Made by a program: the position numbers and the translations under genes. A stretch of DNA of 64,000 nucleotides. Source: Octopus sinensis (taxonomy: Eukaryota). Numbering within the stretch: position 1 is the stretch's first letter; the number at the start of each line of letters is the position of its first letter. The DNA lies in the NCBI RefSeq assembly GCF_006345805.1, contig NC_043000.1, positions 120,776,001 through 120,840,000 on the forward strand. Reading direction: 5' to 3'. Positions 11,080-23,922 of this stretch are shown here, in pieces. The notes under the pieces were generated by a model. That model ran no database searches. It saw nothing but the letters and a program-made list of their open reading frames with translations, and had not been told where the DNA came from.

Positions 11080-14000
11080 TTAAATATTTGTTGTGCAAGA
11101 TTTTTTATGTGAAGTCGTGTGTTGAAACAGATATTGTTATATTTCGGAATGGTCATATTGCCAGTTTAGCCAATAAAAACACACGCACTATATATTGGTG
11201 TTATTTTGCTTCAGTGATATTTTTTTTACATTAATCTTAATCTTATTTCGGCCAAAGTTCTTTCGTCACACTCCTGTGACCGCATCAGTGGTCCTTGTTT
11301 TTCTCACTACTTGTGTCTCTCCTTACTAACCGTCAGCCATTTTGTATTTCTATGTATGTCTTCATTGCGCATGCTTATATCTCTATGTGCGTCTATGTTT
11401 ATTTAGTGTGTGTGTGGGGGGATGCCTGTAATATTTGTATCTTCTGGTTATATACATTCTTGTAATTTGTATTTTGTTTTTGTTGTTGTTGCTTTTGTTC
11501 TAATTTTGTTCATGTGTTTACATCCACCCCATTATTATCATTACATATGCTTGTATGTATGTATAACAACAATATTAGTAAAATAATAATAAATCTAATC
11601 GAAAAAAAAAAAGAAAAGAATATACATATACATATATATATACAAAATATACATATACATATATATATATACATAATACACCACATATATACACATATAC
11701 ATATACATATATATACACATATACATATATATAGATATTCATTTTATTCTTTAATTACTGTGTATTTATTATGTTTGCAGGATCCACTATTGTCATATGT
11801 TGTGGTGTGCGCTATTGCTCCATTCTAGTTTTCTATTCAGGCTAGGTTTATTTTCTATATATGTGTAGCTTCTGTAATTTGTCTAATTGTTGCATCTGTT
11901 CTATGTGTGGACAATATCTTAATCTCTATGTTATTGATTGATCCCCCGTGTTCTTGTTCGGCGTGTTGGTACAGAATCGATGAGCTTTTACCTTCCTTGA
12001 GTTGTCTCCAATGTTCATTCACCCGCTCACCAATGCTTCTTGCAGTTTCCCCTACGTATGTTACTGTCTTGTTACTGCATCGTCCCTCTATACATCTTAT
12101 ACTATAGACCACATTCTGGCTTTACAGTTCGTTTGTGGGCTAAATTTACATACAGTGCAATAGCTATCCGTACAGAGAGTTCTACTAAAAGGATAGCTTC
12201 TACCAATTATAGATCTGATAGGGTTGCCTGGCTTTTCAACAACCTTAATTCTTAGTTTAAGTTATCTAGGGTCCTTCTAAAGCGGTACGCTAGTTCACCT
12301 CCAGGGGTGGTGTCAACGAACATGACACTCTGGTATTTATGGCTATCATACCAAGAGTTGGCCTTCCCTATTTTCTTTTTTGTCCTTTCTATAGTGTTCC
12401 ATGACTTGTTCCTATAGAGTGGGCAAATCCCATTCCTATCATTACATAATATATTATCAAATTTCTTCATGGCTCCTTTATACTCTGATCCTTTCTTTAT
12501 GGCTGTAACCTGAGAACTGCATGCGGTGAATGAAATACTGTATGTGTCTCTTAATTCTGTAGGCTCGCACATGCGTGACACATTTCTCATTATTCTGACG
12601 AGGTCTGCCATCAAAAAATTGATTTGGCATTGCCCGCAATGGCTGAGTTCCGGTGGATCAGGTATTTTGAGGCCATAGGTTTTGCATAGTATGAATGAGG
12701 ATTTGGGTTTTATTATTCACAATTTCTAGCCAGAGTTCGGTGTCTAGTACTGGTAGTCTATGGTTGGGGTGTTTAGTGGGGTAGTCTATTGTGACCTTAA
12801 TACTCTGGTGGATGGAGTTAGCTATTTGCTGGATGCTCTCCATAGTATTAGTTTCTATTACTATATCAACAGTACTCTCTGTGGGGGTGCCTTTACTACT
12901 ATATTGATATCATCAACATAGCGAGAGTACATGTTTACGAGTATGGATTTTTGCAGTAGGCATCTTTAAGCCTTCTGTCCCACCATACCATGAAGAGGTT
13001 GGCCACATCACCAGTGATACTAACACCGATGGCTGCCCCCTCGTCCTGGGCATATATTTTATTATTAAATTTAAATGTGTGGCCTTTTAGGGTAACTCTT
13101 ATACTAGCTCCTAGTGCATGTGCGATCATTTTCTTTACCTGATGGACATTTGCGCGGGCTCCGTATGGCTCTGGTCCATCCGCGCCATCTTTCTATATGT
13201 GTCTTCCTAGCCATAGAAGTAATTGTAGGCGGTCTACCTCTTAAACATCTACTGGGGCAGAAACTACTAAGATTATGTTATCTAAGTATTCACTATTATA
13301 TGTCAGTCTAAGTAGGAGGCCCAGTTCTTCTGTGTCGACATTACAGAAACTCCACCTGGCTCTCGTTGATCATCTCCATGCACTTCTCCACTGCAAAATC
13401 TACGTCAATCGATGGGTATAGGGATACCACATCCATGCTACCTACTATACATCCTGTCAAGTCACAAGTTTTGTTACAGTCACTGATCCTGCTTAGGAGA
13501 TCTTCTGTGCTGTCATAGACATCAGGTGACATCCTGATTATAGGGCGTATGATCATTGAGAGGAAGTAGGAGATTCTGTAATTGCTAGCGATATTCGCTC
13601 CACAGACTGGTCTTGTTGGTGGTCCTGCTATAGGGTCAGTAAAACCTTTATGGTCCTTGCGAAGTCCATACAGTGCCGGGATATCATTGTTCCAGGCTTG
13701 GAAATTCTTTCCAGTACGTTTCTGAGGTCCCAGAACAATTGTCCACATCATCATGTGGGCATTGAGGACCTTTTCTCTCTCCTCATGCGCCTGTACAGTT
13801 GTTACTTTCGTATTGGCGATATGAAGTTGCATTGCCTGGATGTAGTTCGGTAAGCTGTCTATTGACATCCTGCCGGACTTATCCGTGGGAAGGCATATCA
13901 CCTCTCCGTTCCTCGTGCGCTGAATGAGCTTCTGTAGGCCACATGAAGGTTTAATCCCTAGTTGTTGGGCATCTGTCTTATTCTGTCTCTGTCTCTTAAT

Positions 14001-14389
14001 GTATAATCCTAAAATCTGTCTAAGTTTGGTCCTAGCTATAGTGAACTGTGCTTCCATGTGGTCATTAGTACGTCTTGGGATGTATACTCTTTTGTATACA
14101 CACACTAAATAAACATAGACGCACATAGAGATATAAGCATGCGCAAATGAAGACATACAATAGAAATACAAAATGGCTGACGGTTAGTAAGGAGAGACAC
14201 AAGTAAGTGAGAAGAAAACAAAGGACCACTGATGCGGTCACAGGACTGTGACGAAAGAACTTTGGCCGAAATAAGATTAAGATTAATGTAAAAAATAAAT
14301 ATCACTGAAGCAAAATAACACCAAATATATAGTGCGTGTGTTTTTATTGGCTAAACTGGCAATATGACCATTCCGAAATATAACAATAT
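11080..14389 (-). mobile_element. Decayed Penelope-like element (RT + C-terminal GIY-YIG) with sense 3' pLTR and inverted 5' pLTR
   Basis: Broken ORFs 14171-11855: PTDKSG, LYGLRKDHK, GSMDVVSLYPSID, GAAIG, VYSIRC..YVGETAR..R..EH; ~290-bp inverted repeats at 11134-11421 and 14100-14389. Confidence 0.9.
14224..14267 (+). ncRNA. Hammerhead-like motif in pLTR (variant core; inverted twin at ~11250-11293)
   Basis: GACCA CTGATGC G GTCAC(6)GTGAC GAAA GAACT TTGGCC; A9 replaced by C. Confidence 0.45.
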
Positions 14390-14420
14390 ATAAATATATA
14401 TATATATATATAAAATATAA

Positions 14421-14511
<91 letters not shown>

Positions 14512-14518
14512 TATAAAT

Positions 14519-14607
<89 letters not shown>

Positions 14608-14705
14608 AATATATTATAAATATATATATAAATATATAAATATATATATAAATTATAAAGATATATATAAATATATATATCTTTATATATATAATATATA
14701 TATAT
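14390..14705. repeat. Compound (AT)n microsatellite
   Basis: Direct reading. Confidence 0.95.
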
Positions 14706-15046
14706 GTTCGTTTTGGGAATTGGTTCTCTGAGTACACAGAAAATTATAAATAATAGCATGTAAATATTGGTCATAAGAATTGTGTCTATAACCTATATAT
14801 ATATATATAAGTATTTCAAAATAGAAAATTACCCTTTAACAGGTAATTTTACATGCTAGAAATAGCAGCCAACACGGCCAAATAACCACAATTTTATAGC
14901 AAATTTCGAAGTAAATGAAAAATAAAAACCTTTACCTTGTTATATAACGGTTATACCATGGTTTCGGATTACTTTAGCAGAACAATATCGTTTGCTATCT
15001 TTTAATAGATAATTTAGCAAGACCATATTATCTCCCAGGCGAATCT

Positions 15047-15095
<49 letters not shown>

Positions 15096-15122
15096 CTATT
15101 ATTATTATTATTATTATTATTA

Positions 15123-15326
15123 TAATCACAACAAATGTTTCGACACATCTAGCATCGACGCTTCTTGTGGGACACAAAATCTAGTACAGGATTATCCGGT
15201 GGTGCAGACGTATCTCAGCGGGTGATAAATAAATAAAATATCTTGCTAAAATGAGAGTTTCATATTGTAACTTTTCGTTTTGTAGAAGAGTCGATGCTAG
15301 ATGTGTCGAAACAATTGTTGTGATTA
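15123..15326. repeat. 43-bp inverted repeat pair, ~118-bp spacer
   Basis: 15123-15165 vs 15284-15326; contains AGAAG..CGAAAC. Confidence 0.75.
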
Positions 15327-15519
15327 ATAATATATTCTCGTATATTCCATTTTCTGTCTTTCATTTGTTATTTACCTAACGATCACTTTGAAAGTGACCG
15401 TGCTCTACCATTAAACTACCAGGTGTAAACCATTCGTTTTATTATCAATTATATATATATATGTGTGTGTGTGTGTGTGCATATGTATGTATATACATAT
15501 GTCAACATACACGCATACA

Positions 15520-15775
15520 CATATTTTTATGTAGCCCTACCTCATTGTCAAGCGGGAATGAGGTGGAAATATACATATCCCTTCCTTTTTCTCGTTTGTA
15601 ATCTCTTTCCTCTGAACGTTTTCCTTCTCTCCATCTACATTTCTGAAGAAGAACCTAAGCTCGAAACGTTAGGGAACTCTTCGACATTTATCGGCTCTCA
15701 TTAAGTGGCACACGAACAGTTACGCCTATTCAGCTTTTTCTCATGTTGTCAGCCTCGCCGTTAATTATGTATATA
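15520..15775 (+). mobile_element. Solo pLTR-like fragment with degenerate hammerhead
   Basis: CTGAAGA A GAAC CTAA GCTC GAAAC GTT at 15643-15670; pyrimidine-rich upstream segment as in the other pLTRs. Confidence 0.5.
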
Positions 15776-15913
15776 TGCTTGTGTGTTTGTGAGTCTGTTT
15801 TGTGTACGCAACAAAAGAACGGTGACCTTATTTCCTTGGCTGTTCCTACTGTAGCACTTCAATTTATAAACATGGCTTCTTTCTATACAAAGCCGAACGA
15901 AATATTTCAACAT

Positions 15914-15948
<35 letters not shown>

Positions 15949-17199
15949 CATGGTTCTTTACCTCAACCTCTCTAGTCTTATAATACATTCTCCAAATCAC
16001 TACAAATTTTGAACTAAGTCCGCTCTTCTTCAGTGACAGACGGCGAATGTAGATTGAATGTTTCGTTACTCTTTAGTTTCGTGTTTTTGCTGTAACAAAC
16101 AACACTTATTTTTCTCTTTCATTATAATGCTTTCTTTTTTTAGAATAGCTTGCTTTGATACGCTTAAACCTCCCGATAGAGCTAAACCTTATTTTTCACG
16201 TCTGCAGAAATCGTTATTTCTTTTTGATTTACACTGGTACAGCTTCATTCTTCCCTTCGACCGTAATTTACTCTACGTTCAACCACTTCTATTTCAATAT
16301 CTGCATTCAGCATGTTTCAGTTTTTATATAATTCTTTTCCATTTATTTTTATACTATTTGCCATTTTTAAATATATTTTATAAGAGTTCTTTTGTTAGGT
16401 TTTCAGTCCAATGTCACTTTCCCATTTTGTCTTTATTTCCTTTCAATCGAATCTCTATTTCCTTCAGTTAACGCTTTAGTTGCATTTAATCTTTTATAAC
16501 ATTGATACGGGAGAAGGTTGATTAAATGGATCAGTTCGAAATTATTTGCAATGTAAAAATGTGACAAAACTGTCGTGAAATGAACAAAGTTTCCAAAAGA
16601 ATTCATTTGCTTCAATAAAATTTCGAGAACAAAACCAAACTAATACACTGACACTTACGCGCAAGAACACGCAAAGACGGACACATAAACACACAAACAT
16701 AGAAAAATGTACGTACTTAATAAAAACGAAGACAAAGATAATGTAATTTTATTCCAATTTCTGACAGAAATTCCACGACACCAAATTGGCTGTCATTATT
16801 GTCTAAAATTGAAATCGGAATCAAGAATCTAATAAAAGAGAAGAAAAACAAAAAAAAAACAAAACAAAACAAAAAGACAAGAAACATAAATTCAATTAAA
16901 AATTAAAGAACGAGTTGACGTCTTTATTTCTATTTAGAGGGATATGGAATGTCTTTTATTCACAGGAGAACAATATTAGTGTTTGTGATATCTAAAAGTA
17001 TTGGCTGCTAAATTCTGTAGTATAAATGCTAGTATCTCCCTTAACTAAATCTGTAATGTTGGTATGTTATGAAGTAACAAAGGCGTCGTGTTCTTTCTAT
17101 CTTTCTTCATATTATTTGTGGTTTTCTGCACGTTTAATACAATATTAGAAATATTGAATTTCTAAATGTCTCAGAGAGACATGAGCGGTGGTGGGGCGA

Positions 17200-17498
17200 T
17201 ATAGTGGTTGTATACTGTCAACTCAACGTGACAATCCCATAAAGGGAATCACACCACCGCTATTTAGCTCTAGGAAGCATCGACGCTTCCTGTCGCCTTT
17301 GAAATATTTCCTGTGTCGTTATATTTGCAAAGGGGAGACAAGCACTCCCGCCAGCTAGGATTAGCACCTGTAAATATAAGGACACGGGAAATGTGTCAAA
17401 GGCGACAGGAAGTGTCGATGCTTCCTAGGGCTAAATAGCGGTTGTGTGATTCCTTTTATGGGACTGTCACGTTGAGTTGACAGTATACAACCACTATA
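17200..17498. mobile_element. MITE-like fold-back element (~118-bp terminal inverted repeats)
   Basis: TATAGTGGTTGTATACTGTCAACTCAACGTGAC.. at 17200, reverse complement ending 17498; ~63-bp spacer; TA at both ends. Confidence 0.75.
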
Positions 17499-17919
17499 AT
17501 ACAATATTGATATCTATTAAAAATAACAGTGATTGCAAGCTTGAGGTCTTAATACGGCTCGACTATGTGGTCTATAGCTTAAGAAAAAAGAGATATAATT
17601 CTTTTTCGTTTCGAATAATCGTTGACAGAAGGATGGAAATAATCCTGTTGAGCGACAGTTCTAACTTTGTCTGTAATACATTTCATCTCCATTTCCTTGA
17701 TATTGAATATGGCTTGCATAAGCTTACTTATATACATTGAAGGGGAAAGTAATGGAAGCAGAAGCAATAGAGCCAATAGAATTTCAGGGGCCCTGGTTTA
17801 TTTCAAAATAAGAGGTTTTATAAGAAGTAAAAATAACACATCCCTAAAGGTGCAAACTATTAACGAACTCCCTTCAGTGAAATAAAACACATTATACACG
17901 GTCAGGGCCAATAATAATG

Positions 17920-17920
17920 A

Positions 17921-18001
<81 letters not shown>

Positions 18002-18010
18002 TAATAATAA
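17920..18010. repeat. (CTA)n(ATA)n compound microsatellite
   Basis: Direct reading. Confidence 0.9.
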
Positions 18011-18514
18011 ACAATGTGTTATCATGCACATTGTTTTGTCTTGGTATAAGAGATGGGCTACAGCAAATATTCTGCTCAATATCACAGATTTGCTTGTCGG
18101 TTGTTTGACCGTAACCAGTTGAGCATGTCCCTTAGTGACTGAAGATATGTGCATCTCTGATCACGAGCAGAAGTAGTTGGGATGCATTATAACCATGTGT
18201 TGAGAGGGATTCTCTGAGGTTTGAATAATTCACACCTGAAAATATGGTGTTTCGTTCAACATCCTTAAACAACCCTTATTCAGAGACCTTTTGAGCGAGA
18301 TGGGTTACTCGATCAGGAGAAAGTTTCAACTGGGCCCCACCCGCAAGGTTATGTGCTGTTTATCTTGATATGAGATCACCATATCGCGCACATATGGTCG
18401 TGATGCATGTGCCTGGTGTACCCTTATCAGACGGGTAGTCATGATAGGTATACTGGGCTTCGTATATTTTACTCCATTGTCACTTTGTTGGCGTGCACTG
18501 TTCTCTCACTCACA
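18011..18514. mobile_element. ~500-bp non-coding insert bounded by (AAT)n on both sides
   Basis: Complex sequence with sharp boundaries against AAT tracts; no ORF. Confidence 0.45.
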
Positions 18515-18563
<49 letters not shown>

Positions 18564-18692
18564 TTACCAAAAATGAAGTAGATTGACAAGTTAAGTTTTT
18601 GAACCTGTGGAAGACACACTAGATGCCGAAATATCGTTCACTTGATAACAATGGCACTCATCTTTTTGTTGCTTCTAATAATAATGATAATA

Positions 18693-18746
<54 letters not shown>

Positions 18747-18779
18747 GAAGAAGAAGAAGAATAACAGCAAAAATAATAA

Positions 18780-18900
18780 TAAACCACAAGGATATTTAGT
18801 AACGATATTGAGATGACTTTCAGATAAAAGAAGTCTTTCCTAGTAGAGAAGAAATATGAAAGACCATGAAAATGACTGCAATGAAAAATAAATGGTGTGA
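18780..18900 (+). mobile_element. R4-type RT fragment (FSNDIEMTF motif)
   Basis: Resembles the R4 RT FSDDI.M.FG motif; near-duplicate at ~19905-20010. Confidence 0.5.
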
Positions 18901-19254
18901 CTTTAGTTCGCTGGTAGTGGACAGCTGACACCGTAATACATCTCCAGCGTTAGAAGCTTTGCAAAGACAATAAAATAATAATAATAGAAATAATTTCCTT
19001 ATTAACCACAAAGAGCTTACATTAGGTAAATCATTCTTAACAGCACAGGACAAATAGAACGTGGGGTTACATGAAAGTCGTGCAAACAATGAAAGACAAC
19101 CGATTATAACAACAAAATTCCTCAAAAGTGGGAGACTTCCTAGAACTGCTCGTAGAAACCAATAATAATATTACATTTTACTGTCACCTTAAGATCACAC
19201 AATCATCTTATAATAAAATTACTTTTAAATCAAAGTTCTAATATTCTTATGTTT

Positions 19255-19402
19255 TGACAGACATTCTCAAGAACAATACTTCGTGCAAACCCCTCAAAAT
19301 ATGGCACCCTAGTCATAATATCAACTTGAATTTCTAACTTGACTCTTGAGGTCTCTGGGTGAGACTTGGAGTCAACTTATACAAATACAAAGCAAAAGCC
19401 AA
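19255..19402 (+). mobile_element. R4-type 3' UTR stub
   Basis: CTCTTGAGGTCTCTGGGTGAGACTTGGAG.CAACTT.TACA shared with ~1951-1991. Confidence 0.7.
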
Positions 19403-19430
19403 TACTACTACTACTACTACTACTACTACA

Positions 19431-19471
<41 letters not shown>

Positions 19472-19503
19472 CAGTAGTAGTAGTAGTAGTTGTAGTAGTA
19501 GTA
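19403..19503. repeat. (TAC)n then (TAG)n microsatellite
   Basis: Direct reading. Confidence 0.9.
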
Positions 19504-20150
19504 GTAAAGACCATTTATTGAGTGACAAGATAGCCATGGGAAATTTCAAAATATGAAAGATTGAGAAATGTATACATTGAAGGAATCGGTTATAGAAAAG
19601 AATATGGCTTAGTTTCCCACTCAGTGTCAAATAATGCCTAGAACTCCTTAAAAAGATTAAGAGCCTGGTAGAGAAGGCAATGAATGAGAAGTCATATAAT
19701 TAACAGGTATAAAGATCAGAAGAGAAATCCCAAGCTACAAACTTTTTACCTTATTGATAGTAATCACACTGTTCCATTTGTTGAATATAGTAAAGAAACT
19801 AAAATAAAGGGCCAAGAATGTGGGAAAATTGAATAATTTATCAATGAATAATTTAAAGCTCTATGACAAAGTCAAGAACTATGTTGATTCTTTGGTGCAG
19901 AACATAAGGATTTTTAGTAACGATATTGAGATGACTTTCAGATAAAAAAAAAATGTTCGCTGGAAGAGAAGTACGAAAACCCATAAAAATGACTGCAATA
20001 AACCTAATGATGAGAATATAATATCATTAAACGCAGTTGAATCAAATAAATGTCTAGAAATACTAGAGAATGGAAAAATAATTTGTATAAAAATTAAGGA
20101 ACTTGTCAGTAAAGACTACATTTGCAGAATGCAGGTATTAAATTATAATT
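19504..20150 (+). mobile_element. Decayed R4-type RT fragment
   Basis: KDHLLSDKIAMGN..IGYRKEYGLVSHS resembles RT DHLL.DK..M.N..IDY.KAYD.V.HS. Confidence 0.55.
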
Positions 20151-20249
20151 AAATGTGAAACCATACGAGGGATCAGCAAAAGGGTTGAAACGCTGTTTAT
20201 AGTCTGAAACATCGAACGGAGAAAGGAGGAAACTGAAACGTATCGACTG

Positions 20250-20600
20250 TATTAAAAGGAAACCTGGAAGCAGCTCACAACACGCGGTATATAATGGAAA
20301 AGAGCAGAAGGAGGAAAGGAATTAACGATTCTCAAAACGGTTGTAAAACTGCAGGTAGGAGGCGGGGGATGATTTACAAGATATGAAGAAGCAAAAACGA
20401 GAAAACAAGAAAAATTCGAAAAGTGGAAGTGAAGCTTTGAAGGAAAGAAGCTTCTCTCAATGTTTTTTAGGAAGACGGAAGAGACACGAGATGACAAGAA
20501 CAAATGGCTGTACCTAAAGAAATGGTTATTGGATTACCGAAGAAGGGAAATAGAGGAATGATGTAGGCAGGAGTAGAAGAGATCTGTCGAAAAGACTGTG
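20250..20600 (-). mobile_element. Possible 3' end of a CR1/L2-group LINE
   Basis: SFTTVLRIVNSFPPSALF resembles the SFFPRT.RLWNSLP..F terminal motif. Confidence 0.3.
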
Positions 20601-20621
20601 CACCCAAATGAATAATATCTT

Positions 20622-21000
20622 TTCTACTCTAGACACAAGGCCTGACATTTTGGGGGAGGGGGGACAGTCAATAAGATCGACCCCAGTATGCAACTGGTAC
20701 TTAATTTATCGACCCCGAAAGGATGAAAGGTAAAGTCGACCTCAGCGGAATTTGAACTCAGAACACGAAGATATGAAATGCCTACTTCCTTACTACCCAC
20801 AAGGGGCCAAACACAGAGGGGACAAACAAGGACAGACACACGGATTAAGTCGATTACATCGACTCCAGTGCATAACTGGTACTTAATTTATCGACCCCGA
20901 AAGGATGGAAGGCAAAGTCGACCTCCGCGGAATTTGAACACAGAACGTAGCGGCGGACGAAATACCGCAACGCATTTCGCCCGTCGTGCTAACGCTTCAG
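20622..21000 (-). mobile_element. SINE family A dimer
   Basis: Two bodies in tandem with the two alternative tails. Confidence 0.8.
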
Positions 21001-21480
21001 CTAAGACTGAAATGTGACCATAGCTGATATTGCATCGAAATATCTAATGAAGTTACAGGCAACAATAAAGTGGAATTTGTATTGGAAATTTGCTTTTGTC
21101 TGCGTATTAAAAAGCCAGTAGAGTTATCAACGTAGCTGACTGCCTCACTGATCAGAATCATACATATCGTTAAAGGAACAGCAAAACCGAAAAAGATATC
21201 TCGATATCTGTCTTCTTAAATCATCATTATTAAGTGTCATTTATTCCCAGCAGGTTAAAAAATATCAAGGATTTCCATTAGGATTTTTTCTCTGCCATTT
21301 TTACAAGTTCACCATGTTTTTGTTTAGTCCCGTCCTTGAAGTTATCTAATCAGTTTGTTCTATATTTTCCTCTTGAACATTTGCCATTTATTTTTCCTTC
21401 TAGTAGTATACTTTTTATACCTTCGGCTCTTACTATGTGACCAAAGTACTTTAGCTTGTTTTTAATATTAGCTGAGAGTA

Positions 21481-22290
21481 AGGTAGCGAGCTGTCAGAAT
21501 CGTTAACACACCGGGCGAAATGCTTAGCCGTATTTCGTCTGCCGGTACGTTCTGAGTTCAAATTCCGCCGAGGTCGACTTTGCCTTTCATCCTTTCGGGG
21601 TCGATAAAATTAAGTACCAGTTACGCACTGGGGTCGATGTAATCCACTTAATCCGTTTGTCTGTCCTTGTTTGTTCCCTCTGTGTTTAGCCCCTTGTGGG
21701 AAGTAAAGAAATAGATATTTCATCTGCTGTTACGTTCTGAGTTCAAATTCCGCCGAGGTCGACTTTGTCTTTTATCCTTTCGCGGTCGATTAAATAAGTA
21801 CCAGTTACGCACTGGGGTCTATATAGTCGACTTAATCCGTTTGTCTGTCCTTGTTTGTCTTCTCTGTGTTTAGCCCCTTGTGGGTAGTAAAGAAATAAGT
21901 ATTTCGTCTGCCGCTACGTTCTGAGTTCAAATTCCGCCGAAGTCAACTTTGTCTTTTATCCTTTCGGGGTCGATAAATTAAGTACCAGTTGCGTACTGGT
22001 GTCGATCTAATCGACGGCCTCTCCCCCAAAATGTTGGGCCTTGTACATAGAGTAGAAAAGTATATTAAAGGAGAGTAAGGCAGCAAGCTGGCAGAATTGT
22101 TAGCACGCCGGGCAAAGTGCTTGGTGGCATTTCATCTGTCCTATGCTCTGAGTTCAAATGTCGTCGAAGGCTTCAATCCTTCTAGGGTTGATGAAATAAG
22201 TACCAGTTAAGAACTGAGGGGTTGATATCATCGTCTTAGCCTTTCCCAAAAATTGCTGGCCTTGTTCTAAAATATGAAACCAATATTAGG
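21481..22290 (+). mobile_element. SINE family A tandem trimer plus an older degenerate copy
   Basis: One head, three bodies joined at GAAATA(G)RTATTTC; a second head at ~22078. Confidence 0.85.
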
Positions 22291-22793
22291 TGAGAGTAAT
22301 CATTTATTGACTGTTTACAGATTGTAGCACTTCATTAGTTTCGTTTTGTGCAATATATTTTAAACATTCTTCTGTATGTCTATACTGTACGTTCTAGTTT
22401 GTCAGATAACATTTTCTACGCTCCCCATGTTTTACACAATATGTACTGCACGTAACTTTCATACAGATGTTTTCGTCTTTCTATATGAATATTCCTTGAT
22501 GTTAGCGATTTTGACATGATTTTCAATGTTTTCCTTTGACATTTCTTCTCTTCCTGCAACTTACAGACGTTTAGCAATAATAATATCACAGAGATTGTAA
22601 GTTCTGTAAATTGCTCGATTCGTTAGTCATGGACAATATACCTTTCAGAATTTATTCCAGATCGCTCCACTCTCAGTTCAAATCTTGCGGACCAATGTTA
22701 CCTTCCATCCATTAAGGATCAATAAAAATTACACTAGTCTAGGGCAATGGTGTAGCGGACGTGATACCTTACAATATATGTTCTACCTATTTA

Positions 22794-23210
22794 AGGCGGC
22801 GAGCTGGCAGAGTCGTTAGCAACCCGGCCGAAATGCTTAGCAGTATTTCGTCTGCCGCTACGTTCTGAGTTCAAATTCCGCCGACGTCGACTTTGCCTTT
22901 CATCCTTTCGGAGTCAATTAAATAAGTACCAGTTACGCACTGGGGTCGATATAATCGACTTAATCCGTTTGTCTTTCCTTGTTTGTCCTCTCTGTGTTTA
23001 GCCCCTTGTGCATAGTAAAGAAATAGATAATTCGTCTGCCGCTACGTAATGAGTTCAAATTCTACCGCGATCAACTCTGCCTTTCATCCTTTCGGGATCG
23101 ATTAAATAAGTACAAGTTTCGCACTGGGGTCGATGTAATAAACTTAGTCCCTTTATCTGTCCTTGTTTGTCCCCTCTATGTTTAGCTCCTTGTGGGCAAT
23201 AAAGAATTAA
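22794..23210 (+). mobile_element. SINE family A dimer
   Basis: Head plus two bodies. Confidence 0.85.
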
Positions 23211-23400
23211 ATATATGTTCTACATCTTTGTTTTCTGAATTTTTATGTGGTAGATATAATTCGTTGCACGGTTTGACACGATTACTTTCTTCTTAGAAGA
23301 GAGTTCCTTTAGAAGTCTTCACACTGCTAACACTTGCTTGAAAGGTCTCCGGCTTGAGAATAATTTTTTCCTTATTACCATCAAGCCCGGAGACTATATA

Positions 23401-23424
<24 letters not shown>

Positions 23425-23438
<14 letters not shown>

Positions 23439-23890
23439 ATTGAGGTAATCAGATCAGATGGTTCATATTTGTAGATATTTATTTATATATTACATTTTTT
23501 ACATATATATCATATCATTCGGATTAGCGCTTGCTCCCATTCTAGTGGGTTTTCAAATCAAATCAGTTGTGGGTAGTTTGAACCTTTTTATAGTTTCGTA
23601 GTAGTGGGTGAGGAGGAAGTGAGACAGAGAGAAAATATGTGTGTATGTGTGTGTGTGTGTGTGTGTGTGCGTGTGTGTGTGTGTGTGTGTGCGCATTTAT
23701 ATCTGAGAGTGAAGAAGTGTTATTTCCGTTGGTCTGCTGGACCCCCTGTGGTTTTATAAGAACTTTGGCCGTCCATTTCAATGTCACTGAGTGTGTGTTG
23801 TGCATAGGTTGGCCTGGCAAATGTCATTTGGGGTCACACTTTCTATGATCATTCTGTGGAGGTGTGTGTGTGTGTGTGTCTCTGTGTGTC

Positions 23891-23922
<32 letters not shown>

